Shown here: positions 46,544 to 57,566 of the stretch, piece after piece
How the letters are laid out: every line of letters starts with the position of its first letter
Numbering within the stretch: the first letter of the stretch is position 1
NCBI GenBank assembly: GCA_002422365.1
Contig: DIUO01000015.1
Location: 9,607-73,606, forward strand
Reading direction: 5' to 3'
Source: Proteobacteria bacterium UBA6156
Lineage (GTDB): Bacteria; Pseudomonadota; Alphaproteobacteria; UBA2136; UBA6156
Length of the DNA stretch: 64,000 nt
Made by a program: the position numbers and the translations under genes
The notes under the pieces: generated by a model
The model's database searches: none
What the model was told of the DNA's origin: nothing
Seen by the model: only the letters and a program-made list of their open reading frames with translations

Positions 46544-47191
46544 ATGAGCGAACACCACCACCACGGCTGCGGGTGCGGCAGCAACCCGGCTTTTGACGGT
46601 ATGGACCCGGCTTACATGCGTGTGCTGTGGGTGGTGATTGCCCTGAACGGCATTATGTTTGTGGCCGAGACGGCGGCGGGGCACCTTGCGGGGTCTCTGG
46701 CGCTGCAAGCCGACGCGCTGGACTTTCTGGGCGACACGCTGACCTATGGCCTGAGCTTGTATGTAATTGGCATGCCGCTGCGTACGCGGGCGAAAGCCGC
46801 TCTGTTGAAAGGTGTGAGCTTGGGGCTGATGGGCCTGTGGGTGCTGGGGAGCACGCTGTACCAGACCCTGGTGCTGAACACCCCCGCCGCCGAAGTGATG
46901 AGCGTAATGGCGGTGCTGGCCTTTGGTGCCAACCTGGCCAGTGTGCTGCTGCTGCGGCGGTATAAGGATGGGGATGCGAATGTGAGGTCGGTGTGGTTAT
47001 GCTCGCGTAACGACATGCTGGGCAACGTGGGCGTGATGCTGGCGGCGCTGGGCGTGTGGGCGCTGGGTAATGCCTGGCCGGACTTGATTGTGGCGGCGAT
47101 TATGGCGGGGCTGTTTTTAAGTTCTTCGGTAAGCATACTTAAGCAGGCATGGCGAGAGTACCGGACACAGGAGCAGATGACTGCAAAATAG
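46544..47191 (+). CDS. cation diffusion facilitator-like transporter, transmembrane domain only (215 aa)
   Basis: N-terminus MSEHHHHGCGCG. TM2/TM5 motifs (SLALQADALDFLGD; NVRSVWLCSRNDMLGNVGV) are typical of CDF. The protein ends shortly after TM6 with no cytoplasmic C-terminal domain. Confidence 0.7.
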   Translation: MSEHHHHGCGCGSNPAFDGMDPAYMRVLWVVIALNGIMFVAETAAGHLAGSLALQADALDFLGDTLTYGLSLYVIGMPLRTRAKAALLKGVSLGLMGLWVLGSTLYQTLVLNTPAAEVMSVMAVLAFGANLASVLLLRRYKDGDANVRSVWLCSRNDMLGNVGVMLAALGVWALGNAWPDLIVAAIMAGLFLSSSVSILKQAWREYRTQEQMTAK

Positions 47192-47251
47192 GCGCAATGC
47201 CTTGTTGCTGAGGCTGTTTTACGCTTTTAATGGGTTAAGGGAGGAATTTTT

Positions 47252-47764
47252 ATGAAGATTGTTGTGGGGAGTTTGAACACTGCCAAAGTGAAGGCTGCCG
47301 AGCTGGGATGTGCAGCTTATTGGCCTGATGCCGAAGTGAGTGGAGCCGATGTGCCCAGCGGCGTGCCCGCTCAGCCGATTGGGCTTGAACAAACCCGCGA
47401 AGGTGCCATAAACCGTGCCCGCGCTGCACACGCCCTGGGCGCCGACCTGGGGATTGGTTTGGAAGGCGGCGTGATGAAGATGAGCGGGGCTTGGATCATG
47501 TTCGGGTTTGTGGCGATTACAGATGGCGAGAGTGAAGTGGCCGTGATGACCGCAGGCACCCCCCTGCCCCACGCCTGGGGCGAGGCCATGGCAAATGGCG
47601 GCGAACTGCGCCCCCATGTGCTGGCCGCAGGGCTGCCCTATGACTATGCCAAAGGTGTGGTGGGGCTACTGACAAATAACAAAGTGACGCGCGATGAAGG
47701 TTTTGGCAGTGCCATACGCACGGCGCTGGCGCCGTGGGTGAACCCTGCGGCTTTCGCAGCTTGA
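47252..47764 (+). CDS. yjjX: inosine/xanthosine triphosphatase (YjjX family)
   Basis: MKIVVGSLNTAKVKA...VPSGVPAQPIGLEQTREGAINRA parallels YjjX (NPAK...SGVPEQPFG.EET..GA.NR). Confidence 0.75.
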   Translation: MKIVVGSLNTAKVKAAELGCAAYWPDAEVSGADVPSGVPAQPIGLEQTREGAINRARAAHALGADLGIGLEGGVMKMSGAWIMFGFVAITDGESEVAVMTAGTPLPHAWGEAMANGGELRPHVLAAGLPYDYAKGVVGLLTNNKVTRDEGFGSAIRTALAPWVNPAAFAA

Positions 47765-47824
47765 TTGATAGGATGATTGCCATGGCGCTATAGCCACAGG
47801 TGCTAGGCTAAAGCATGTAAGAGA

Positions 47825-47843
47825 GGCCCCGGTGGGGGCTTTT
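47825..47843 (+). terminator. small GC hairpin plus T-run downstream of yjjX
   Basis: gcccc-ggtg-ggggc-tttt. Confidence 0.45.
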
Positions 47844-48041
47844 CGCTTGCCTCCGCTTGCGGGCTGCACCTAGCATGAGGGCGCTGGAAGAAGAAAATTC
47901 CGCAAGGAAAAAACCTTTGAAAAAGGGAAACCACAAAGGAAATACGACCAGCACACACGACTGACCGGAGAATAACATAAACGAATAAACCACCGGTGAT
48001 GAGGTTTTGCTCTGCAAGAGGGAAACCGGAATATACGTAAA

Positions 48042-48077
48042 CCCCCAAGAGCAAATAAAAAGGCTCTGGGGGTTTTT
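48042..48077 (+). terminator. plus-strand intrinsic terminator with no annotated gene upstream (possible sRNA 3-prime end)
   Basis: cccccaagagc-aaataaaaag-gctctggggg-ttttt. It lies within a 457-bp non-coding, lower-GC gap. Confidence 0.5.
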
Positions 48078-48221
48078 CTGGATTGCGCTCCGAATATCCG
48101 CAGGGGTTAAAACCGCCCCCTGTGGCGTCGCCTCCTCCTCGTGTACTTTATATGTACACGTCGTCGTCAGCGCCATCCACACGATGACGGTTTTACCCTC
48201 CTGCCCTGCCTCCCCTTACCC

Positions 48222-50297
<2,076 letters not shown>

Positions 50298-50317
50298 TCA
50301 TCGCATTCTTTTGAAAG

Positions 50318-50437
50318 TGCCTCCCGGCGGGGGTGGGCCCCGGATAGGAAGCGGGGCCCGGCAAGAATGGGGCCCCTACCCCATTTTTGCCACCCACTAA
50401 CCTTCCGGGGTGACACCAACCCAACCCTTGGGAGGCA
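50318..50437. repeat. structured intergenic repeat, family A, copy 3 (shorter)
   Basis: Outer inverted repeat tgcctccc/gggaggca. It shares ccggatagg.agcgggg.cccgg...aatggggcccctaccccattttt.ccacccactaaccttccggg with copies 1 and 2, and lies between recN and ligA. Confidence 0.75.
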
Positions 50438-50453
50438 GAAGCTAAAGCATTCA

Positions 50454-52136
50454 TCAGGCTGCTTGCTGTTGGTGGGTGGCGGCTTCGGCCAGCAGGGCGC
50501 GGGCGGCTTCCCTCGCTTGGGGGGTGATGGCGTTGCCGGAGAGGAGGCGCGCGAGTTCTTCCTGCCGCTCGGCACTGCCCAGTGGGGTGAGCTGAGTAGT
50601 GGTGTGCCCGGCTTCGACCTGCTTGGCAATGCGATAGTGGGCATGGGCGGCGGCGGCCACCTGCGGGTGGTGCGTGATGGCCAGCGTTTGGTGGCGCAGG
50701 CCAATGCCGGCCATGGCGTGGCCCACGGCAGCGGCGGCGGCACCGGAGAGGCCGGTGTCGATTTCATCGAACACCACCGTTTGCGGGGCGAGGCCTTGGT
50801 AGAGCACCGATTTGATGGCGAGCATGAGGCGCGAGAGTTCGCCTCCCGAGGCCACCTTGGCGATGGGCTGGGCTGGGCTGCCGGGGTTGGCGGCAAGGTG
50901 GAGTTCGACCGCTTCTGCCCCCTGCCCGCTCCAGTTTTCTGGCGGCAGCGGCATAAGGGTAACGTGCAGGCGGGCGTTGGGCAGGTGCAGGGCTTTAAGC
51001 GCAACCTCCAGCTTGGGTTGCAGGTTGGTGGCAGCGGTTTGGCGGGCGGCGGTGAGGGCTTGGCAAGCGGATTCGAAACTGCTGCGGGTGGTGGCGGAGG
51101 CTTGGCGGAGAACTTCGACCTGTGCCTCGGTTTCGGCCAAATTAGTGGTTTGGGCGGCGAGGTGGGTGAGGACGGAAGGCAGCTCGGCGATGCTCACGTT
51201 ATGCTTGCGGGCGGCGGCTTTGAGGGCGTGGAGGCGGTCGTCGATTGTTTCCAGGTTACCTTCTGCCTCTAGGCTACCTGCGGCGCGGGCGGTGTCGTGG
51301 GCGGCGTCGGTAAGCTCGGTTAAAGTGGCTTCCAGCCGCTCGGCCAGGGGGAGAAGGGAGGAGTCGAGCTGCGAAGCGTTGTGCAGGGCACGGCTGGCGC
51401 TGCGCAGGTGGCTGAGAGTGGCGCCTTCGGAGTTTAAGGCGTCGTCGGCCACGGTAAGGTGCTGCTGAAGCTGGGTGAAGTTGACCAGGCGCGCGCGCTG
51501 GGCTTGGAGGGTGTCTTCTTCTCCTGGCTGGTAGGCGAGCTTTTCCAGCTCGGTGTGCCAGGTGGCGAGGCGTTCGGCATCGGCGCGGGCTTGCTCGCAC
51601 TGGGCTGCCAGAGTGGCGTGCTGCTTGTGGGCTTGCCGCCAGTTGTAGTGGGTTTGCTGAACGTTTTGAAGGGTGGAGACGTGGCCGCCGAGGTTGTCGA
51701 GCAACGTGCGCTGTGCGGCGGGGCTGAGCAGGGCTTGGGTGCCGTGTTGGGCGTGGATATCGACCAGCAAAGCGCCCACTTGCGCGAGCACGCTGGCGGG
51801 CACGGGCGTGCCGTTCAGCCAGGCTTTGGAGGACTCGGCCTTCAGCTGACGTCGGAGGATAAGCTCGTTATTTTCGAGCGTTACGCCTTGCTCTTCCAGC
51901 AATGCTTCCAGTTGCGGTGTGGGGCTGGGGCTGAAGGTTGCGGTGACTTCGGCCTGGGTTTCTCCGTGCCGGATGAGCGACATATCGGCCCGGTTGCCGA
52001 GGGCCAGACCGAGGGCGTCCATCAGCAGGCTTTTGCCTGCGCCGGTTTCTCCGGTAAGGGCGGTGAAGCCGGGGCCGAACTCGAGGTTCAGGCTGGAGAT
52101 GAGCGCGATGTTGGCGATGGCGAGATGGGTGAGCAC
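50454..52136 (-). CDS. recN: DNA repair protein RecN
   Basis: N-terminus MLTHLAIANIALISSLNLEFGPGFTALTGETGAGKS, a long coiled coil, and a C-terminal SGGELSRLMLA...FDEIDTG. Confidence 0.96.
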   Translation of the reverse strand: MLTHLAIANIALISSLNLEFGPGFTALTGETGAGKSLLMDALGLALGNRADMSLIRHGETQAEVTATFSPSPTPQLEALLEEQGVTLENNELILRRQLKAESSKAWLNGTPVPASVLAQVGALLVDIHAQHGTQALLSPAAQRTLLDNLGGHVSTLQNVQQTHYNWRQAHKQHATLAAQCEQARADAERLATWHTELEKLAYQPGEEDTLQAQRARLVNFTQLQQHLTVADDALNSEGATLSHLRSASRALHNASQLDSSLLPLAERLEATLTELTDAAHDTARAAGSLEAEGNLETIDDRLHALKAAARKHNVSIAELPSVLTHLAAQTTNLAETEAQVEVLRQASATTRSSFESACQALTAARQTAATNLQPKLEVALKALHLPNARLHVTLMPLPPENWSGQGAEAVELHLAANPGSPAQPIAKVASGGELSRLMLAIKSVLYQGLAPQTVVFDEIDTGLSGAAAAAVGHAMAGIGLRHQTLAITHHPQVAAAAHAHYRIAKQVEAGHTTTQLTPLGSAERQEELARLLSGNAITPQAREAARALLAEAATHQQQAA

Positions 52137-52192
52137 GGCCCCACCTTAGCAAAGTGTGTACGTGCCGCAAGGCGTTTGATGGGCGGATGAGC

Positions 52193-52217
52193 AAAAAAGG
52201 GCCCGGTGAGGGCCCTT
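52193..52217 (-). terminator. Rho-independent terminator of bamD
   Basis: agggccc-ggtga-gggccct with TTTTTT on the minus strand. Confidence 0.65.
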
Positions 52218-52231
52218 GGAGGAGCGGTTTG

Positions 52232-53059
52232 TTAGAAGAGGTCTCCGAAGCCTTTGGAGAGGCGCTTGGCCCAGCTTTCTTTCTGCCCGGCGGGGGCGAG
52301 CTTGCGGGCGGTGAGGAGGTCGTAGGCGCGGGCGTACCACTCGGACCCCGGGTAGTTGTAACCGAGAATGGCGGCGGCGCGCACGGCTTCGTCATCGACC
52401 CCCAGGGCCAGATAGCTTTCGGTCAGGCGGTACAAAGCCTCCGGCGTTTGGCTGGTGGTTTGGTATTGCTGCACCACGGTGCGGAAGCGGTTGATGGCGG
52501 GCAGCCACATTTTTTGGGCCTGGTAGTAGCGGCCTACGGTCATTTCTTTGCCTGCCAAATGGTCGTAGCAGAGCGTGATTTTGAGGCGGGCATCGCGCGC
52601 GTAGGGGCTTTGCGGGAAGCGGTTGACCACTTCGTTAAAGGCATCCAGCGCCTTTTGGGTGGAGGACTGGTCGCGGTTGACGTCGGTCATCTGGTAATAA
52701 TAATTCAGCCCCGCAAGGTAGTACATGTAGGCGAGGTCTTTATGGCCCGGGTGCATGCGGATAAAGCGCTCGATGGTGACGATGGACTCGGCGTGGTCGT
52801 CGTTCAGCATCTGGGCGTAGGCTGTCATTATTTGTCCGCGCGTGGCCCAGCCGCTGTAGGGGTATTGGCGCTCCAGTTCCTCAAACGCGTGCACGGCCTG
52901 GGGGTAACGCTTTTGCTCCAGGGCTTCCATGCCGTTGTTGTAGAGTTCTCCTACCGTGCCGGTGAGTTCTCCCTGCGGTTTGGAGGTGGCACAGCCGGAC
53001 AGAAGCACGACGGCGAGAAGGGCGGGAAATAATAGACTGGCGAGGACGTTCTTTTTCAT
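52232..53059 (-). CDS. bamD: outer membrane protein assembly factor BamD (TPR lipoprotein)
   Basis: Lipobox LLSGC, TPR-like repeats, YfiO-type sequence. The bamD-recN-ligA order is common in Alphaproteobacteria. Confidence 0.88.
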   Translation of the reverse strand: MKKNVLASLLFPALLAVVLLSGCATSKPQGELTGTVGELYNNGMEALEQKRYPQAVHAFEELERQYPYSGWATRGQIMTAYAQMLNDDHAESIVTIERFIRMHPGHKDLAYMYYLAGLNYYYQMTDVNRDQSSTQKALDAFNEVVNRFPQSPYARDARLKITLCYDHLAGKEMTVGRYYQAQKMWLPAINRFRTVVQQYQTTSQTPEALYRLTESYLALGVDDEAVRAAAILGYNYPGSEWYARAYDLLTARKLAPAGQKESWAKRLSKGFGDLF

Positions 53060-53141
53060 GCCGCTAGAGTGCCGCAGCGGGCCCCTGCTGACAAGGAGAT
53101 TTTAAGGGCCTGCGGATTTGCCGCCAAGGCCCGGATAAGGC

Positions 53142-53921
53142 CTAGGAATAAAAGCGGTAACCGTTGCGGCCTGCTTTTTTGACGGCGTACATGGTTTCAT
53201 CTGCCGCTTGGAGCAGGGCTTCGACCGTGGTGCCGTCTGTTGGGGCCATGGTGATGCCGATGCTGGCGCCCAGCTTGATGCGGAGGTCGTTCAGCCAGAT
53301 GGGTTCGTTGATGAGGTCGATGATCTTTTTGGTGCGTTCTTCCACGTTCGCTTTGTCGGTGGCGCCGTAGAGCACGATGATGAATTCGTCTCCGCCCAGG
53401 CGGGCCACGGTGTCTTCGTCGCGCACGCAGGCTTTGAACAATTCGGCGACTTTTTTCAGCACGGCGTCGCCGGCTTCGTGGCCGTAGGTATCGTTCACGG
53501 GTTTAAACTTGTCGAGGTCGATATACAGCAGGGCCAGCGGTTGCTGGCGCTTGAAGGCGGTATCCAGCTTTTGCAGCACGCCACGGCGGTTGGCCAGGCC
53601 GGTCAGGGGGTCGGTATTGGCTTGCTGGGTGGCTTTGTCGGCCTTGGAAAGGCGGCCGATGGCGGCGGCAAGGTTGCCGAGTTCGTCGACGCGCTTGAGG
53701 TGCAGGCTGTCGGGGACGACGCCGCTTTCGATTTTCTCTACTGCGCGGCGAAGTTGGTCGATTGCGGCGGCATCTTGCCGCGAAAGCAGCGCCACAAACC
53801 CCAGCACCCCCACCAGCATAATGAACGTACCCAGCAACGGGCCAATGGCAAAGGTAAGACCGGCACCCACCAGCAGGCTGGCGGTGACAGGAATGATGTA
53901 GCGTTGCGAGAGAGTCTTCAT
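53142..53921 (-). CDS. membrane-anchored diguanylate cyclase (2 TM, HAMP-like linker, GGDEF)
   Basis: Intact GGDEF with an RxxD I-site (RDEDTVARLGGDEF), preceded by DPLTGLANRR. Confidence 0.9.
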   Translation of the reverse strand: MKTLSQRYIIPVTASLLVGAGLTFAIGPLLGTFIMLVGVLGFVALLSRQDAAAIDQLRRAVEKIESGVVPDSLHLKRVDELGNLAAAIGRLSKADKATQQANTDPLTGLANRRGVLQKLDTAFKRQQPLALLYIDLDKFKPVNDTYGHEAGDAVLKKVAELFKACVRDEDTVARLGGDEFIIVLYGATDKANVEERTKKIIDLINEPIWLNDLRIKLGASIGITMAPTDGTTVEALLQAADETMYAVKKAGRNGYRFYS

Positions 53922-53980
53922 GGCAGGCAGTGTTGGGGTTTTCGCAGGGTGTGTCTAGTGTTTTTGCAACCGCAGGCAGC

Positions 53981-54006
53981 AAAAAAACCGGCCCAGAGGC
54001 CGGTTT
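53981..54006 (-). terminator. Rho-independent terminator of the ParA-like gene
   Basis: aaccggcc-caga-ggccggtt with seven T on the minus strand. Confidence 0.75.
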
Positions 54007-54022
54007 AACAAGGAGCAGGTGC

Positions 54023-54970
54023 TTACGCAGCCTTCTTCTTGCTGGTGGTGCCGGAGCCGGTCACAACCGTGAGCTGAGCAGCAGGAGAGCTGCGGTGCGC
54101 GGTTTTGGGAGCGGACTTGGAAGCTACCTTTTTGGCCGGGGCTTTTTTGGGAGCAGCCTTTTTAGCCGGGGCCTTCTTCACTGCCTTTTTAGGGGCAGCC
54201 TTTTTCACGGTCGCCTTTTTGGCGGCCGTTTTTTTCTTCACAGCTGTAGCCATGTCTTTGTTTCCTGTTTCGTTGGAGGAGGAGGAGGTTGAACTCACCG
54301 CTGCGGCGCCCTTTTTAGAGCTGGCCGAGCTGGCCGGCTTGCCTTTGAAAGCAAGACCGATTTTTGCCGCGATATCGCGAACGAGATTCATGATCTCATT
54401 CTGCGACGGGTTGGCAAATCCATCCAGCACGGTGAGCCCGTTTTCCATGCTGGCGGCAAAGAGGACGCGGTTACCGATTTCTGTCTCGGCGACCGGAATG
54501 TCGAGTTGCTGAAGCTTCTGCTTCGTCTCAATAGTAATGTTGGCGCGGTGAACCACACGGTTGAGGACAACCATGCATTGGCGCGATTCGGCACTGATCG
54601 AATTGAAGGTTTCCTTCACAGCCCATACGTCGGCAGGCGAAGGCTGCATCGGCACCACGACGAGGTCGGCAGCGCGGACGCTGACCTTAATGTCCATTTC
54701 GGCGTGCGGGGGGCAGTCGATGATGATGACGTCGTTGCTTTCGCGGGCCATGGAAAGGTCGCGCGTCAGGCGCCAGCCGGAAGTAGCGATGAGACCGATG
54801 TCGGTTTTCTTCCGCTGAGCGTGCCAGTGGGTGCAGGTACCTTGGGGATCGGTATCGAACAGCATGGTGGAATACCCTTGCTGAGCAAATGCGACGGCGA
54901 GATGGGCAGCCAACGTGGACTTGCCGGAACCGCCTTTTTGTGTTGCTACTGTGATGACGTAGGCCGACAT
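54023..54970 (-). CDS. orphan ParA/MinD-family ATPase with a Ser-rich linker and a histone H1-like Lys/Ala-rich C-terminal tail
   Basis: Deviant Walker A TQKGGSGKST and DTDPQG, followed by about 110 aa of low complexity (SSASSKK...KKTAAKKATVKKAAPKKAVKKAPAKKAAPKKAPAKK...SKKKAA). No parB is adjacent. Confidence 0.85.
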   Translation of the reverse strand: MSAYVITVATQKGGSGKSTLAAHLAVAFAQQGYSTMLFDTDPQGTCTHWHAQRKKTDIGLIATSGWRLTRDLSMARESNDVIIIDCPPHAEMDIKVSVRAADLVVVPMQPSPADVWAVKETFNSISAESRQCMVVLNRVVHRANITIETKQKLQQLDIPVAETEIGNRVLFAASMENGLTVLDGFANPSQNEIMNLVRDIAAKIGLAFKGKPASSASSKKGAAAVSSTSSSSNETGNKDMATAVKKKTAAKKATVKKAAPKKAVKKAPAKKAAPKKAPAKKVASKSAPKTAHRSSPAAQLTVVTGSGTTSKKKAA

Positions 54971-55174
54971 GACGTGTGTGTGCTCCTTGTTATTTATCTA
55001 ACGCGGATGTTACGCACGACTTGCGTTTGCGGTGAAGTGGTAATGGTGAAAACGCGTGCATTGCCAATGTGATGGTGTGACATATTTACGATAAAATCTG
55101 TTGCGTAAACCCGCGTTTTATGGCGGAATTGCTGGAGAAATTGCGATACGCTGCACAGCTTGTGCGCACACCGC

Positions 55175-56356
55175 ATGAGCGATTTAACAGCAGCGAAACA
55201 GAATGATTTTTACACCATGAACACGACAACGAGCACGATGCATAGCCCCGAATGGCTAGCGAAACTGCGGCTTGCGCGCACTGCGGGTGTGGGGCCTGTG
55301 TCATTCCGTAAACTTATGCGGTTGCGTGCAAATGCGTGTGACGTGATTGCTGACTGGGACAACCTGGGGCCTAAATTACCCAAGCTGGCGGCGGAAGACA
55401 GCATAATGCGCGAGCTTGAAACCTTGCACCGCCATGGTGGAAAACTTGTGCTGCAAAGCGATGAAAACTACCCGGATTTTTTGCGCGAACTGCCGGACGC
55501 GCCGCTGGTGCTAAGTGTGCTGGGCGACATAACAACCCTGCATGCGCGGCAGGTGGCGATAGTGGGCAACCGCAATGCCAGTGCGGCAGGCATTGCCTGG
55601 AGCAAAAACCTGGCAAGCGAACTTGTGCGTGCCGGTGTGGTGATAACCAGCGGCCTGGCGCGCGGGATTGACACCGCCGCCCACGAAGGTGCGCTGGCGG
55701 GCGGCGGCCGCACCGTGGCCGTAGTGGCGGGTGGAGTGGACAACATTTACCCGCCCGAAAACAGCAAACTGCGCGAAGCGATTATGGCCCAAGGCTGCGT
55801 GGTGAGCGAACAGCCGTGGGGAATGAAGCCGACGGCAAGTTTATTCCCCCGCCGCAACCGCATTAATGCGGGCCTGAGCATAGGCATTGTGGTGAGCGAG
55901 GCCACCCGCCACAGCGGCAGCCTGATAACCGCCGAATGTGCGCTGGATTATAACCGCGAAGTGTGGGCCGTGCCCGGCAGCCCCAGCGACCCCCGCAGCG
56001 GCGGCCCCAACTGGCTGCTGAAAAACGGTGCGACGCTGATTGAGAACGCGGGAGATATTCTGAAGGATTTGCCCGCCACCCCTGCCCCGTATGCGCCGCG
56101 TGTGGTGCAAGCGGATTTGTTCGGTGCCATTGAGGCTCCGGATATTGAGTTTACAGCCAACGCTGAGGAAAGCGACGACGCGCCGGTGACGACGACGCAG
56201 AAGATTTTCGGGCTGCTGGGCAGTGTGGGCGTGAGCTTTGACGACCTGGTGCGTCAGAGTGGCTTGGATGAAGCCGGGCTGAGTGGTGTGCTGGTGGAAA
56301 TGGAGCTGGAGGGCCATGCCGCGCGGGAGGCGGATGGGCGGTGGAGGCGGACGTAG
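55175..56356 (+). CDS. dprA: DNA processing protein DprA
   Basis: Rossmann-like core with VVITSGLARGIDTAAHEGAL and a C-terminal winged-helix-like region. The start is uncertain (TTG 55160, ATG 55175 or ATG 55217). Confidence 0.88.
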   Translation: MSDLTAAKQNDFYTMNTTTSTMHSPEWLAKLRLARTAGVGPVSFRKLMRLRANACDVIADWDNLGPKLPKLAAEDSIMRELETLHRHGGKLVLQSDENYPDFLRELPDAPLVLSVLGDITTLHARQVAIVGNRNASAAGIAWSKNLASELVRAGVVITSGLARGIDTAAHEGALAGGGRTVAVVAGGVDNIYPPENSKLREAIMAQGCVVSEQPWGMKPTASLFPRRNRINAGLSIGIVVSEATRHSGSLITAECALDYNREVWAVPGSPSDPRSGGPNWLLKNGATLIENAGDILKDLPATPAPYAPRVVQADLFGAIEAPDIEFTANAEESDDAPVTTTQKIFGLLGSVGVSFDDLVRQSGLDEAGLSGVLVEMELEGHAAREADGRWRRT

Positions 56357-56405
56357 AGCTTGTTTTATAGTATTTCAGGATGTCTCTCTCGAGTGGATAT
56401 CCTTC

Positions 56406-56532
56406 GATTTACAGGAAGTGCGTTGGCGCGGTAGGGGTTGCGCCGGCTCGGTGCTTTTCTCAAAAAATGGGATTTTTTGGAAAAACATCCGGCTGGCGCG
56501 GTGGTGCAATAACCTCTCTGGCATTCCGTAGC
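56406..56532. repeat. intergenic repeat family B, copy 2
   Basis: gatttacaggaagtgc...ggtaggggttgcgccgg...aaaaaatgggattttttgg...ctctggcattccgtagc. It lies between the convergent dprA and sufE. Confidence 0.75.
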
Positions 56533-56563
56533 AAAGCCACAGTTTATTGAAAGATTAGTTGAG

Positions 56564-56959
56564 TCAAAGTGCAAGGGTTTGGAGGCGGGTGACGACGCTG
56601 GTGAAGCCGTTGCGGCGGTTGGGGGAGAGGTGTTGCAGCAGGTGCGTGGGTTGGAGGAGTTCCGGCAGGTTGAGGGCTGCAATTTCGGGCTTGGTTTTGC
56701 CGTTGTAGGCCATGTACACTAGTGCCATGAGGCCCTTTACGATGAGGGCATCGGACTCTAACTGAATGGCGGTTTTGTCACCGTTCCAGCCCACCACCAG
56801 CCACACGCGGGAGGTGCAGCCGGGGACGAGGTTGGCATCGGTTTTATGCTCCGGCTGCATGGGCGGCAGGCTGCGCGCGAGTTCGATGACATAGGTATAG
56901 CGTTGCTCCCAGTCCGGCAGCAGGCTGAGGGTTTCGAGGGCTTCGTTCAGGGTTGTCAT
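56564..56959 (-). CDS. sufE: cysteine desulfuration protein SufE
   Basis: 131 aa with LVPGCTSRVWLV (acceptor Cys) and the C-terminal LSPNRRNGF motif. Confidence 0.9.
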   Translation of the reverse strand: MTTLNEALETLSLLPDWEQRYTYVIELARSLPPMQPEHKTDANLVPGCTSRVWLVVGWNGDKTAIQLESDALIVKGLMALVYMAYNGKTKPEIAALNLPELLQPTHLLQHLSPNRRNGFTSVVTRLQTLAL

Positions 56960-56968
56960 GGGGGTTAC

Positions 56969-57547
56969 CTAGCGTTTGGTGCGGCGGCGGTCGCGCAGGC
57001 CAAGGCCGCTGTGGGCGACCATGGGCACGCTGTGCGCGGTGATGGGTTTGCGGCCCTTGCGGCTGTGGAAGGCGGCGGCGATGGTGTAGATGTTGATGGC
57101 GGAATAGAACGCCTCTTGCGAGATGCCGACCAGTGAGCCGTGGGAGACATTGTAGGTTATCCAGCAGGCCGAAACCAGCAGCATGACCGCGCGCAATTGC
57201 ACGCCGCGCAGCTGGAACACCGCGTAGGTGGCCATGATGTTGGCCAGCACCGGCAAAGTACTTTGTGGGCCCAGGTAGGTGAAGTGCCCGCAGAGCATAC
57301 CCAGCACCATGAAGAAGGTCATCCACCACGTGCTTTGGGTTTTGTTGGCCACCCAGTAGCGCCCCGCCGCCACAAAGCAGATGGCCACGCCCACCCACGC
57401 GCCCAGCAGCGCATAGTGCGCCGCCATGAGCACGGAGGAGATGGCGAAGGCGGTGCGGAAGTTTCTATCCGCCGGATGCAAAAACCCGTAGATGCCGTAG
57501 GCGAAGCTGGCGGCGCCGAAAAGTTGGGACAATAAGTAAAGTGTCAT
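56969..57547 (-). CDS. YgjV-like inner membrane protein (192 aa)
   Basis: Five to six TM helices with internal duplication and a basic tail. The resemblance to the YgjV family is impressionistic. Confidence 0.45.
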   Translation of the reverse strand: MTLYLLSQLFGAASFAYGIYGFLHPADRNFRTAFAISSVLMAAHYALLGAWVGVAICFVAAGRYWVANKTQSTWWMTFFMVLGMLCGHFTYLGPQSTLPVLANIMATYAVFQLRGVQLRAVMLLVSACWITYNVSHGSLVGISQEAFYSAINIYTIAAAFHSRKGRKPITAHSVPMVAHSGLGLRDRRRTKR

Positions 57548-57566
57548 CGTGTTTGGTGTTTTGGTG
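57548..57566 (-). repeat. TG/CA-rich heptad spacer element (fills the cysS to membrane-protein spacer)
   Basis: cgtgtttggtgttttggtg. The entire 19-nt intergenic spacer consists of the motif. Confidence 0.65.

Noticed and set aside
47765-48221. Whether the non-coding gap encodes tmRNA, RNase P RNA, SRP (4.5S) RNA or 6S RNA.
   Set aside because: I could find none of the hallmarks on either strand: the RNase P P4 motif (GAGGAAAGTCC), the SRP domain IV motif (GGAAGCAGCC), a tRNA-like acceptor/T-arm, or a tag reading frame ending in hydrophobic-AA. It is kept only as an unassigned sRNA candidate.
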